DNA from: Heterodontus francisci
Lineage: Eukaryota
Reading direction: 5' to 3'
DNA length: 64,000 nt
NCBI RefSeq assembly: GCF_036365525.1
Contig: NC_090378.1
Span: 117,537,593 to 117,601,592, forward strand
Part shown: piece after piece, positions 1 to 13,029 of the stretch
Layout of the letters: the number at the start of each line of letters is the position of its first letter
How positions within the stretch are numbered: position 1 is the first letter of the stretch
The notes under the pieces: generated by a model
Told to the model about the DNA's origin: nothing
What the model saw: only the letters and a program-made list of their open reading frames with translations
The model's database searches: none
Made by a program: the position numbers and the translations under genes

Positions 1-560
1 AACTGGATATTGAGGGAGTGAGATCACTTTCAGTTGTGGTATATCTCAGAGTTAACATGCAGTGCCAGCAACGCGACTTGTGTGGAATCAGTGGCACCCT
101 GCACCGTGGGGAAGTTGCAGTCCTCGTGAAGCCACATGTTTGCTCCACCTATTTCTCTCTGGCAAGACAGAATGAAATGCATTCAGCATTCTTGCAATAC
201 AGAGGCTCAGTGGCCTCCCTTATGCAAGAGTAGTTGGCACACTGAGAGAAGTTACAAATATTGCCTGCTGCTGCCTGGAAGGAGCCCAACACATAAAGTT
301 CATGGTTACGATCACAGTGACTTCACAGTCACTGGCAATGTCATCCTCACCCTGCTCTGAACTGCAGTTGTGGCTGTAGCTTGTGGCAGATTTCAGTGAG
401 GACCTCCTTGGTGAAGTGAAAACAAGTTTCCCACAGTTCTTCGCTGAGGTTCAGGTGGGAAAATTGCTCCTTGAACAACCTGGGTGGACATGGCCTCCTG
501 CTGAGAGCCCTTCTCCCCCTCCTCCTCCTCCCTCTTCCAGCAGCTTGTCCTGCTCTGTAC
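1..560 (-). mobile_element. Decayed PIF/Harbinger (HARBI1-like DDE) transposase fragment
   Basis: Minus-strand translation gives FHFTKEVLTEICHKLQPQL and FPTVQGATDSTQVAL...EIYHN*K*SHSLNIQ, matching the Harbinger motif FPxxxGAIDCTHV...YxNRKGxHSLNxQ, with stops. Confidence 0.75.
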
Positions 561-1133
561 AGTAAAGCACCACTATTACATTCAGGTACAGTAATAAAAA
601 AAAGTACATATATCGCACAGCCATTTACTGTAAGAAAGCATGTTATTAATATATTAGTCAAGTACAGCAATACAGTTGAGTACGAGTATTACAGTCAGAT
701 ACAGTACTGCAATATAGTACCAGTATTACACAGGCATGCACAGTGACACAGTTTCAATATTATCAAATCAAATACAGTATGATACAATCAAGTAGAGCCA
801 TGTACTGTACCATAATTTGAATTAAATTGGGAGTATTAAAGTTAACGAACCTGTTAAGTTGGGAAAACTGGAATTTCATTTGTTACCACAATGAAATTAT
901 CAAGGTTTGAGAGACTCTTTAATTCCAGATACAAGGCTCACTCATGTAACATTGACAGTTTGAATTTTATATGTTTATTGCTGTGAACTGGAATTTGGAA
1001 TCAGCCTGGTTGTTATCAAAAAATCATTGGGTTAGAAACCTCTGACAAGACGATGTTAGAAAGTTTGGAAACAATTGGAAGTTAATCCAAAACGCTGACT
1101 TCCTTGCCAGAGACATTTTTATTTGGAGTTTGA

Positions 1134-1436
1134 GTGGCGCAGTGGTTAACACTGCAGTCTCACAGCTCCAGTGACCTTGGTTCAGTTCTGGGTACTGCCT
1201 GTGTGGAGTTTGCAAGTTCTCTCTGTGACCATGTGAGTTTCCACTGGGTGCTCTGGTTTCTTCCCACAGCCAAAAGACTTGCAGGTTGATAGGTCAATTG
1301 GCCATTGTAAATTGCCCCTAGTGTAGGTTGGTGGTAGGGAATATGGGAATTAATGTTGGAATAGTATAAGTGGGTGGTTGTTGGTCGGCACAGACTTGGT
1401 GGGCTGAAGGACCTATTTCAATGCTGTATCTCTCTA
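1134..1436 (+). mobile_element. tRNA-derived V-SINE (HE1-like), copy 1
   Basis: A-box GTGGCGCAGTGGTTA, B-box-like GGTTCAGTTC, central TGTGTGGAGTTTGCAAGTTCTC, CR1-like tail GGGCTGAAGG...TGCTGTATCTCT; homologous to 7638-7959 and 40279-40623. Confidence 0.85.
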
Positions 1437-2249
1437 TAAGTTGATGATGTTACGAATGATTTTTGCTGTTTTCACTTCCTAAGGATACCAAAAAGAATTG
1501 GAAAAAAAACTATTTTAAAATGGAGTTTGATTGTTTTCAATCAGGAAAGTATTTTGAAAAAAGAAGTTACATAAAGCGACAAATCTGAGAATTATTTTTG
1601 CTCCATCTGCGTTTTCATTTAATTCACCACACAACTTTTGCATTGCTGAGTGTAAAATTTATATATTGGACATTATTAAATTTTAAGTTTCTAAATCGGC
1701 AGATGTATTTGGATAAGTTAACCCATTTGGCTCTGGGGCAGAGCCACAATGGATTCTTTGTGTGTTTTTTTTTTAAACAGGCGACATGAGAATTGATGCC
1801 ACAGCACGAGAATTTAAGAACTTATCTGCAGACATCAGATTTGGACGAAAGGCTTTACCTTTTCTAAGATTTTTGTCATTTGTTATCTTCCAAGACAAAG
1901 TGCATGAGAATAAGGCTCTTTTGGGGAGAAATAAATAGAACATGAATAAAACTTGTCACTCCAACAACACTGTTATTTGAATTTGGGATAATTTTGAGAT
2001 GCAAAGAGTCCAACGTAATTTTGCAAGTTACTTTTGAGAAACTAAAATGCCATCTAAGAATAAGAACAAACAAAATCTTGTAATGCCTGGGATCAAATGG
2101 GAATGTTTGGTTCTCAGGTTTAAAGATATTAGAATATTGTATTGGACTGTAAAGTTCTTCCAGGGCTCAAAAAAATGAAATCGAATTCTAATTAATGGGA
2201 TTAATTATAATATTGGAAGTTAAGTCGGGCTGGTGCAAGAGCTAATAAG

Positions 2250-5200
2250 GGAATTTGGGGAACAAATATTAGAAAATTAAAATTCAAACCCTTCAATTAG
2301 TATAGTGTATAATTTCCGAGAAGTCCAGTACTTTCCAGTGGAAGTTAAGATGTGTAGATAAGAATTGTAATTGACACTTTTCTCTTGGAAATATTTGTAT
2401 CCTTGCTTTGGAGTTTTTTTTTAAAGAAAACCACATTTAAATGTCCAGCCACTGCCCGAGGTATCAGAACCATACGGGGGAGATAAGCAAAGGTTTTGTG
2501 ACAGACACCCCACTTTTTGATCTTTTGATAAGATCACCTGAGAGTTGAGAATGTGTGGCGTGATATTGGGATACCAGTGTAAGAGTGCAGATGTGACTTT
2601 TTACATGTGAAGTAATTAACATGCAAAATGCATGGTGGAAATGCACTGACGAACGGTTCTCAAACATGTGCAACTACTTGACAAACAGCATGACATGAAA
2701 TGGTTAATGTGGCCAGTGGAGTGAGACAACATTTTGAATCATCAAAGCATTGACATGTATTCCATAGAGAAACTGACTTTAAATTAATCAGATAGAATTG
2801 TACCTGTCAGAGGGAGTGAAATTAATATAAAGAGGGATATAGAATCTGGATTGCGACAATTAAGATCTAAGTCTAGCATTTAATAAGAATTATCCAGAAG
2901 TTGGATGCAGATAAAAGGAGAGCTGGAGAATCTTAAGTCCATGAATGATTGATTGCTTGAATTATATGTATTTATGTGCTCATAGTTGAGAGCATTATTG
3001 AGTGACGTGATCTGTAGGTGGGGAAGGTCAGAACAATCAATAGTATTCAGACATACCAGGGGTAGGAGATCAGGTCATGGTCAAGATTTTAAATGAAAAG
3101 ACAGGATTAGCACCCCGATGGCAAGGGCCCTATGAGGTCCTAATGACAAGGACACTTGCGCACGTGTGGATATAAGAGGAAAGGGTAGTTGAAAATATTG
3201 GTCCCAACTTAAACCTTTTAAAGGCGCAAAGGATAATAAGGACTAACCAGTCATGACCGGCGTCCTCTGTGATTTCTCCCAACAGTGTAATGATGAATTG
3301 GAGAGATGGAATCATCGCAACCATCCTCCAGAGAACTGTGGCAGCCTGGGAAAAGCCTCTGATAGTTATTAGAAACAACACCTGTTAGCATCCTGGCCAG
3401 TACATACAGCTGCCCAAAGGAGGCCATGGAGAGTGGGTAAGGAGACCCAATGTCCGGATATTGGACAGGATGACCGGAGACAGCCATCGGATCATCTCGA
3501 TTAGTTTGAGGAATGTGATAACACAGGTATCACTGTCCAGACCAGGTCTTACATTCTGCCTGCCAAACCCGTGGTCCTCGTGTAGAGACGACGTAGGCTC
3601 TTGGCTGTATGAGCCTGCAGGCTGCATTAACTCCTCTTGTCAGTGTCACATACACAAGTCTAACTTGACCTGTATTACCAGTACGGGTAATGATACGATG
3701 TTAAAAATGTTGATGACCCACTACAGGTGGAGGAGAGAAAATAATAAAGTTTCTGATGACCCTGCCCCAGTAACATACGAATGAGAATTATCAAGAGGGA
3801 TGTAAATTCAAATCATTAGGAATAGAATAGACTGGGTGGGTATACCAGGTGGGATCCCGGGAATACTTGGTGACCAGTAAGAATACCACCTGACTGATGA
3901 CAACACGGCAATGTTGTACAGAATCACAGCATTTCATTGTCTGCTCAGGCAACAGCTTAAAGCCCATCAGTAATAGTTCTGCCATTGTAGTGTCAGTGAA
4001 TCCTCTGGAAAAGGCCTTCAAGGCAGTCCAAACCTCCCTCACACAATGGTCTTTCCTGACAGATAAAACGGAAGTTTAGAGTGTGGCAACAATCACACTT
4101 TCTGTCTGCATATAATTGACTTATTTACTGTTGGAGACTTCCACATAGCTGGTAGGGCTCTCACTGGATACATGTTCAGCCCACGGTGGGACAAAACGCA
4201 AAGCATAGATGATGCGCAGGAGAGATAGCCTGGAAGGAAGGCAATAGGTAAGGCCCTGATTATGGCCAATAAATATGTGAAGGAAAGTTACCAGGCAGTA
4301 ACCAGTGGGAGAGTACAAATACACCAGGCAACAGAGAAAGCCAGGAAGCTGGAGGATTCAGCACAAGGCAGTGAAACAATAGCAAGAATGCAGTATGATT
4401 AGTGGGACAGAGAGAGATATGTGGCAGCAGGTGCATCCATTGTAGTGTTGCTAATCAGCCTGTGTATCTGCTGTTCCCAGAGACTGATGATGTCTCAAGC
4501 AGAGCTAATGGTAATGCTGGCCACCAAAAGATACAATCCAATGCCCACAGGGTCACGCACCTACTTACGGGGGGCAACCTCAGAGAGGTAATAATGATGT
4601 AATGTAGGTAGAATCAGTCCCAGGCTCAGCCTAGATCACTAAGACCTCAGTAAGGCCATAAGAGGACCTCAGGAAGGGATTTGAAGTTTGTCGAGTCCCA
4701 GATCCTCAGATTGTTCGACAGGTGGAGGATTCAGGGAATGACCACCTGGGCCACCTGGGCCAGATCGTATCTGACCAGGGGTCAAAAGTGGGGTCTAAAG
4801 TAGGGAATCATGGAATGTTGAAAACTGCCAACATTGTACATAATGTGTAACCTCAACCTGTTTTTCAGAAGTGTGAAGCAATGGGCCATGTGAAGATATA
4901 ATTAAAGTGAGACATGACTGGGGAAGGAACAAGAACGAAGAAGGAAATTGAACGATCAAACCACAAACTGATGGCCTTGGAACGGTTAGATGATTAAAAA
5001 ATAGTTGATATGTAGAAACAAAGTATGTTGGAATAAGCAGCTGGCCAAGTGAATATGTGAAAATAGTTGACGCAGAGAATGTCACGTGAAGTTAAAGTAT
5101 AAGTATGTGAATTGAACAAAGGAGTTTTGAGTTGCCTCTTGGATCTCACTGAGAAATGTACTCCCCTGTTTGCATACTTGTATCTCTGAATAAATTTTCC

Positions 5201-5254
5201 TTAGTTCACCTACAGCCGTCTCGTGTGAAGTGCTTTCAAGAATACTCCACAACA
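2250..5254 (+). mobile_element. Degenerate endogenous retrovirus: integrase 3' end, env-like remnant, PPT and 3' LTR
   Basis: From 3053: IPGVGDQVMVKILNEKTGLAPRWQGPYEVLMT (integrase C-terminal GPY motif). Cys-rich, N-glycosylation-sequon-rich broken ORF from ~3260 to 4600 ending in a TM-like AAGASIVVLLISLCICCSQ. Purine tract near 4780-4795. LTR-like segment ~4795-5254 with AATAAA at 5189 and a terminal CA. The 5' boundary is approximate. Confidence 0.65.
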
Positions 5255-7637
5255 CACACACACAAGAAAAGATGGAGAGTAGAGGGTAGTGTGCAATATT
5301 GAGTCCAATTGTAAAGAGTTCAGTCTTTAAAAAAAAGCTTTAGAAGCTTTTTTGTGAGGAAATCTTTCATCCGTACAGGTCTGAATGTTCATTGTCTTGA
5401 AAAGGATGAAGTGTCATAGGCTCCTTGTGGTTAAGCCTCAGTCTGAAGTTGGTGGTGGGAAATCCTGGTTCCCCTTGCAATTTTTCTGCTGCAGTCGTTA
5501 AAAGATGTTATCACTGAGGCTTCTGCTTAGTTGGCACTGTCTCATAGCTGGTCTGCCTGGAAAAGACCTTCTTTGGCTGCTCATTGGCTGTTCTCTATCT
5601 CTCTCTCTCCAGAGAAATACCTTTTAAGGGAGAAACTCACCAGGTTGGGGTGTCGGTCAGGTGACTAAGGGCTCTGTCCCCTGGGGTGATTTATACAATG
5701 TTCCAGGACATGGGAACCAATTGTTACATGATGGTGTCTAAATATGGTCCATTTTGATAAATAGGTGTTCGTACCTATAATTTTGGCCTTGGCTTTGGAG
5801 TCAATCTGTCTGCAAACATCTTTGTTAGCTCCATGCCTGTCGATAGGAGTTGTTAGCATGGAATGGGCTGTTTTTTCTATTTCAATGTGCTTTCCCCAAA
5901 GCTAATTCAGATGTGGATAATGGGTTTAATCTTCAATAGACATACATGTTTATTGACAATACAGGAGGGGTCACTTGACCTTTACTCCATTTTGTCTGCG
6001 GCACGAAGGTGTCCATTTTTTGTAGCTCGGTTCAACAGTTGAGTTTTATTTCATAATTCTTCCAGTTCATTTAATAATTCACCACTTCCCTTCGTGGCAT
6101 GACAACTCCGAGATATAAATTCCAGTGCTTTGTTAGAATTTTTAATATCTTTACTGACCTACGATGCTGCATTTAATCATTTGTTCACTTGTATCCTCAG
6201 ATCACTTTTCTCTTCTGCCCCATTCACTTTCTTATTTTCAAAGGAAAGACGATATTTCTATTTTTCCTATCATAGTGCATTATCTCACATTTATCTGTCA
6301 TATTTCATTTGCCAATGATCACATGCAAATACTGCTGGACCAAGTCTCTGGATTTTCTTGCTTACCGGTGTTTTCCCTGCCAGTGCCTGGTACTGTCAAC
6401 AGCAGGTGATAGGAAGCTCTGGAAGGTAGTGGTAGTTCCTCGAGGGTGGTGGTAGCCCTGGAAATTGGCAGTAGGCACTGGTGAGTGGCAGTAGAATGCC
6501 CATGCAGCTGGATGGAGGGAGAGGAGTTATTAGTGGTCTCATCTCCCTTCCTGTCGATCTCAATTACTAATCTTTTAAGGCTTTAGGATTAGACTGAGGC
6601 TAAAAATGAATTCCATTCCTCCCTTTCTGGGCTCTTCTGTTCCCTTTAAATACCCCCATTCTCTCAAAATCCCCTTTTCCTCAGGTGCTGTGGTGACAGT
6701 CTCATTGGAGAAATTCCAGAATTTTCTGGCTTTGCAGCATAGGCCTCCCTCTTGGTGGCAAGGATCACTGTAGGAGATTTACTTGCACAGCGAATGAGCT
6801 CTGACCATGAAATCAGGTTGGGGGTTAATTCAAGGTCAAAGTGCCGAGCAGAAGTCTTGTCTCCCCAGTATCCAACATCAAGAAAATACAGGCCTTATTG
6901 TCAAATCTCAAAGTTACAGGATTGAATGTCATGGCTCAGAGAGGAAGAACAATGTATATTGATCCAATGATGTATTAAAGTAAAAGAGAACAATACTGAG
7001 CTCCGGAAATAGATGAATATCTGATCCAAGATCACTCCAAATGAACAAAGAGTTCCAGTTATTGGGAACGCTGAGGAATGTAAAATCCATCTGAATGATC
7101 TGTCACAATTGCAGATGGCCAAGAATAAATTGTGTAGAAATGAAAGCCAAGGGTGGAAGTATAACATGCAGAAAATTATAACTTGCTAAAAGGAGAAAGA
7201 TGCAAAGTTTTACACTAATATAAGAAGTGGAGACCACAGAGCTGATTCTACAATGCATTCTCTTGAGAGGTGGATTTGGACTTCATACTTGCTGGCTGTC
7301 TATCTTTTGGGAAAAACTTCAGAACATGTCAGTAACCGCATATAAAAATCAACGACTGATCCCCAGCCAGCAGCTCAGTGAGGTCCTCCAATGAGCAGCT
7401 GAACAATGCAGTCCAGAAAGGTCTCAAGTTCAACCCCTGGTCTATAAAGAGATAGTGATGGAGACTCTCCAATTGACCTCAGTACCCATAGGTTTGGGAG
7501 GGGAAAACTGGCTGGGATTCCTGTTTCTGATCTCTCCAGCGGTGCTGACTAGATCTGCTTGAATGTGGTGGCTGGACAACAACAGATTCGCGTTTCTGAG
7601 GCCGTGCAGACAAGGGAGGAATGGAATTCATTTTTAT

Positions 7638-7959
7638 GGGCGGCACAGTGACGCAGTGGTTAGCACCGCAGCCTCACAGCACCAGAGACCCGGGTTCGAT
7701 TCTGGGTACTGCCTGTGCGGAGTTTGCAAGTTCTCCCTGTGTCTGCGTGGGTTTCCACCGCCAAAAGACTTGCAGGTTGATAGGTAAATTGGCCATTGTA
7801 AATTGCCCCTAGTGTAGGTAGTTGGTAGGAGAATGGTGGGGATGTGGTAGAGAATATGGGGTTAGTGTAGGGTTAGTATAAATGGGTGTTGTTGGTCTGC
7901 ACAGACTCGGTGGGCCGAAGGGCCTGTTTCAGTGCTGTATCTCTAAATAAATAAATAAA
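7638..7959 (+). mobile_element. tRNA-derived V-SINE (HE1-like), copy 2
   Basis: GGGCGGCACAGTGACGCAGTGGTTAGC head, GGTTCGATTC B-box, tail GGGCCGAAGGGCCTGTTTCAGTGCTGTATCTCT followed by (AAAT)n. Confidence 0.9.
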
Positions 7960-8346
7960 GTCCCAAATTTGGGCAAAGAATGTACAGGGAGGAATAAAAA
8001 CAGAAACTGCTGGAAACACTCAGCAGTTCTGGCAGCATCTGTGAGGAGAAAAACAGAGTTAACATTTCAGGTCTGTGATCTTTCATCTGAACTCGGTCCA
8101 GATCGTGTCTGCATTGTTCACTCAAGAAAAAACAAGCACGAAGCAGCAAGATGGACTCTGCATTAACGTTATTTCAAGGGTTAGGCACCCTGATTGCAGG
8201 TAAGGTCATTTTTTTGCAACTTTTCCGTTGCAAAATGTCTGGAAGTACTCTGGAGTATTTTTGAGAGTTCTTGGATTTACTAGAGAGTGTTGCTGCATCC
8301 TCATGGTGAGGGACAGGAGGGCAGAGAATGAGGTGACCTTTCCACA

Positions 8347-10637
8347 GAGTCATAGAATTATACAGGACAGAAACAGGCCCTTCGGCCCATCTTGTCCATG
8401 CCAACCATCAAGCACCGAACTATTCTAATCCCATTTTCCAGCACTTGGCTCATAGCCTTAAATGCTATGGCGTTTCAAGTGTTCATCTAAATACTTCTTA
8501 AATGTTGTGAGGGTTCCTGCCTCTACCACTCCTTCAGGCAGTCTGTTCCAAATTCCAATTTTCCTCAAATCCCCTCTAAACCTCCTGCCCCTTACCTTAA
8601 ATCTATGCTCCCTGGTTATTGATCCCTCTGCTAAGGGAAACATTTTTTTTCCCATCTAACCTATCAATGCCCCTCATAATTTTCTATACCTCAGTCATGT
8701 CCCCTGTCAGCCTTCTCTGCTCTAAGGAAAACAACCCTCGCCTTTTCAGTCTCTCTTCATAGCTGAAATGCTCCAGCCCAGGCAACATCCTGGTGAATCT
8801 TCTCTGCACCCTCTCCAGTGCAATCACATCCTTCCTGTAATGTGGTGCCCAGAACTGTACACAGTACTTCAGCTGTGGCCTAACTAGCATTTTATACAGC
8901 TCCATCATAACCTCCCTGCTCTTATATTCTATGCCTCGGCTGATAAAAGCAAGTGTCCCATATGCCTTCCTAACCACCTTATCTAACTGTGCTGCTGCCT
9001 TCAGTGATCTATAGACAAGTACACCGGGATCCCTCTGACTTTCTGTACTTCCTAGGGTCCTCCCATCCATTGTATATTCCCTTACCTTGTTAGTCCACCC
9101 AAAATGCATCACCTCACACTTCTCAGGATTAAATTCCATTTGCCACTGCTCTGCCCATCTTACCAGCCCATCTATATTGTCCCATAATCTAAGGCTTTCC
9201 TCCTCACTATTTACGACACCACCAATTTTAATGTCATCTGCGAACTTCCTTAGCATACCTCCTATATTCACGTCTAAATCGTTAATGTACACTACAAACA
9301 GCAAGGGTCCCAGCACCGATCCCTGAGGTACACCACTGATCACAGGCTTCGACTCACAAAAACAACCCTCTGCCTCCTGCCACTAAGCCAATTTTGGATC
9401 CAATTTGCCAAATTGCCCTGGATCCCATGTGCTCTTACCTTCTTAACCAATCTCCCATGCAGGACCTTATCAAAAGCCTTACTGAAGTCCATATAGACTA
9501 CATCAACTGCTTTACCCTCATCGACACATCTACTGACCGCCTCGAAAAATTCAATCAAGTTAGTTAGACACGATCTCCCCCTGACAAAGCCATGCTGATT
9601 TTCCTTGATTAATCCCTGCCTCTCCAAGTGGAGATTAATCCTGCCCCTCAGAATTTTTTCCAATATTTTCCCAACCATTGATGTTAGACTTACTAGCCTG
9701 TAATTACCTGGTTTATCCCTGCTACCCTTCATAAATAATCGTACCACATTCGCTGTCCTCCAGTCCTCTGGTACCTCTCCTGTGGCCAGAGAGGATTTGA
9801 AAATTTCTGTCAGAGTCCCTGCTATCTCCTCCCTGCCTCACACAACAGCTTGGGATACATCTCATCTGGGCCTGAGGATTTATCCACTTTTAAGGCTGCT
9901 CCACACACAGATTGCCACTTTGGTCCCAAATGGGCCCCACTCTTTCCCTGGTTATCCTCTTTCCCTTAATATACTTATAAAACGCCTTAGGATTTTCCTT
10001 TATTTTGCCCGCCAGTGTTTTTTCATGTCCCCTCTTCGCTGACCTAGTTTTTTTTAGTACCCCCTACACTTTCTATACTCCTCTAGTGCTTCCGCTGTTT
10101 TCAGTGCTCCAAACCTGCATTAAGCCTCCTTTTTTTCCTGATCCAACCCTCTATATCCCTTGACATCCAGGGTTCCCTGAACTTGTTGCTCCTCCCCTTC
10201 ACCATAATAGGTACATGTTGGCTCTGAACCCTCACTATTTCTTCTTTGAATGACTCTCACTGGTCTGATGTAGACTTTCCTACAAGTGGCTGCTCCCAGC
10301 CCACTTTGGCCAGATCCTGTTTTATCATATTGAAATCGGCCTTCCCCCAATTCAGTACCTGTATTTCCAGCCCGTCTTTGTCCTTTTCTATAACTACCTT
10401 AAATCTTGCAGAGTTATGGTCACAATCCCTGAAGTGCTGCCCCACTGACACTTCTACCACTTGTCCAGCTTCATTCCCCAGGATTAGGTCCAGTTCTGCC
10501 CCTTCTCTTGTAGGACTTTCTGTGTACTGGCTCAAAAAGCTCTCCTGTATACATTTTACGAATTCCGCCCCCATTTTAAGCCTTTTGCACTAAGACTATC
10601 CCAGTTGATATTCGGTAAGTTGAAATCCCCTACTAAA
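8347..10637 (-). mobile_element. CR1-clade LINE ORF2 (endonuclease/RT) with 3' tail, frameshifted
   Basis: ORF fragments GVPQGSVLGPLLFVVYINDL...FADD, QHGFVRGRSCLTNL, DFSKAFDKV and PTREGAELDLIL; the 3' tail matches the HE1 SINE tail. Confidence 0.93.
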
Positions 10638-10639
10638 GG

Positions 10640-12230
10640 TTGTGACTGGGATCGGGGCAGCAATGACAGTCGCTCTGGGTCTGAAGTACAACAGGGAGAT
10701 GGAGCAGAGGCTATGGAGAGGGAAAACTGCATGCCATCCCCTCTGCATAGTTGGAGCTGGACTCCTCCATGCTCCTCGACAGTGACAGGAAGCTGTCTGG
10801 CAGGTCGGCCAATGCAACCAGCATCTTAGTGTGCGTGCCCATTCAGCACTTCCCGTAGCCGCCCCATCTGAGACCTCTGCAGCAGTACTTGTCTGCCACA
10901 TTTCCCTCTGTTGAATTTGCACATGAAACATGGTTTACCCCTGGCCTGCTTGGAGGCCACTCATGCCCGGTGACTCACCACTTGCCTCCAAGATACATGC
11001 AATGCCAATATCTGAGCTGGTGGCTGCAAGTGTCAGATCAAGTGTCAGGACATCTTCATTAGTGCTGCACTGTTGCTGTCTTTCCTCTTCCTGTGGCTGG
11101 ACCACTAACAGTTCTTGACTGTCTAAAGCATGGACTCAGAAAAGGAAGGTTGGTGTTAGGGAACGGGGATTCGGTGGGAAGCAAGAGATTCATGGTCACA
11201 CCATCAGCAGCTTGCTCATCATGCCTGTAGCAGGATGAGGGTTTGCTGGGAGATGAGAAGGGCCATAAGGCAGGAATATACAGTCATCCTCAATGTTCTC
11301 CATGATGCCAGATGCCAAGGGCCCCATTGCAACCAATCCATAGGGCTCAGGAGATGCAGGCGTCTTATTCTGCCACTGGATTTGCCCATGCTCCATTCTA
11401 TTGTGTACTACCTTGTCTTGCAAGAGAGAGGTCAGAATGTCACTGCTTGTGTAGCACTGTATTTGGGTGATGTGTCTGCCATAGCTGAATAGCTGGAGAT
11501 ATGTGAAGGCAGTGAGAGGTGGGTGTGAGGCTGGCAGCATTGTTAGGTGTGTGAAGGTTGTGGTGGAATATCTGATTATTAGACCTGAGTCCTGAGTGCC
11601 AGCGAATGTTGTCAGATGAGTGATGGGGATGCATTGAGCAGCGTGAAGTGTTGATGGTGTGGTGGGTCGGAGATTTCATGTGCTGATCAACTGCATGAGC
11701 TCATTAGACTTCTTGCGACGCTGCTATCAGGTCCTTGGGTCCAGACTCTGAGAGTTGACCTTTCTGGCCACCAGCTCCCACTTCCATCTGAGGGGTGTCC
11801 TTGAGGGTCTCCTAGCTCCCTGCAGAACCACGGAATCTCTCCTCCTTCTCACCTGCTCCACTAATGCTTCCAGCACTGCATCTGTCACTCTGGAATCCTC
11901 TGTCTACCCTGGTGTTTACGTTATACTAATTTGCATTGCACAAAAATAATGATGCAGCTTTCCTTTAAGAGGGACAGACTGCCTTCAAGAAGAGTAAGCT
12001 GGCTGGGCAATGTGACCTACAAACAATGCTGCTGGGCCCTCCTGCTGTGTGTAGGGGCCACAGGCAATGTTCAGGATCAGACATCAATGCGGAAACTGCT
12101 CAGGCCAATGCCATAATCTTTCAGTTGAGGGGGCGACATGATGTTTGTGTTGTCCACCTTGAACTGAATGGACACAGACAGGTCACAAGTCATGACCTCC
12201 ATGTCCAAAAATTGGGGCTAACCAAATTCT
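10640..12230 (-). mobile_element. Harbinger-associated Myb/SANT-like DNA-binding gene remnant, inserted in the CR1
   Basis: Minus strand near 11840-11885 reads TDAVLEALVEQVRRR, followed by PRT..QRRKKSNEL. This resembles the FSDxxLEALV...RTxxQCRKKxNDL pattern of Harbinger second ORFs. Boundaries approximate. Confidence 0.5.
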
Positions 12231-12599
12231 AGCCCCATATGTTCTACCAAAGTGCTCCAAACAACTCGTGCAAACACGCAGCTGATATGTGACTCATTTG
12301 ATGGCCAACATGGAACATAGCAACATGAAAGGGATATGTGCAAGAAAGAAGATAATGTGAAACAGCAACATGGCCCATTGAAATGAGTATGACGGAACCT
12401 TAGCAAAGGACAGCAGTGGGCAAAGTTCTCTGCATTTTCATTTATACCAAGTTTATAGTTCGAAGCAATAAAGTTCAGCAAGACAATCCAGATCGACACG
12501 TCTCCCTCTGCCTGCTCCTACACTCAGGTCACAGACACCACCTCCCCCAATGCTGCTCTGGCTGTACACTTTGTTTCCAGGTGACCCTGTCTTCCATGT

Positions 12600-12870
12600 A
12601 GACCCAGCCTCTTGAAACAGGCGGCCGTTTAAGTACCAAATCTGAAATACCAAGCCTAAGGGGTGTGACTACCTCCTGGAACAAAGTGTCCAGGTAACTT
12701 TCCCCCACTCCCTGATGCCTCGCAGTGTCTGAGTCTCGAACTGCAGCTCATCAACTCTGAGCTGAAGTTCCTCGAGCTGCAGACACTTACTGCAGATGTG
12801 GTTTCAGTGAATCACACTGGTGTCCACCAGCTTCCACTTGCTACAGCTGCAACACATCACCTGCCCTGAC
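12600..12870 (-). mobile_element. CR1 ORF1 N-terminal remnant (Cys motif plus coiled coil)
   Basis: Minus strand reads GQVMCCSCSKW...HICSKCLQLEELQLRVDELQ...ESYLDTLFQEVVTP; probably the 5' part of the CR1 at 8347-10637. Confidence 0.65.
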
Positions 12871-13029
12871 ATCTCGATTGTGTTTCAAGTTTAAAAATAT
12901 TACTGAATGATAATTTGTAGTTATATTAATTTGTTTAACTCATTAAGCTACAAGTTTATACATTACTTATCTCTCCCCAGTACCAGTTTACACTGCCCCA
13001 TTTTAGAAAGAAGAAAAATACTTTTTTTT

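Noticed and set aside
1134-1210. tRNA genes (also near 7640, 40280 and 40650)
   Set aside because: A/B boxes continue into SINE bodies and LINE-like tails; these are SINE heads.
1480-1940. Possible plus-strand exons after AG acceptors
   Set aside because: No recognisable product or matching donors.
6850-7330. Possible coiled-coil (TRIM-like) pseudogene
   Set aside because: All frames have multiple stops and I could not identify a diagnostic motif.
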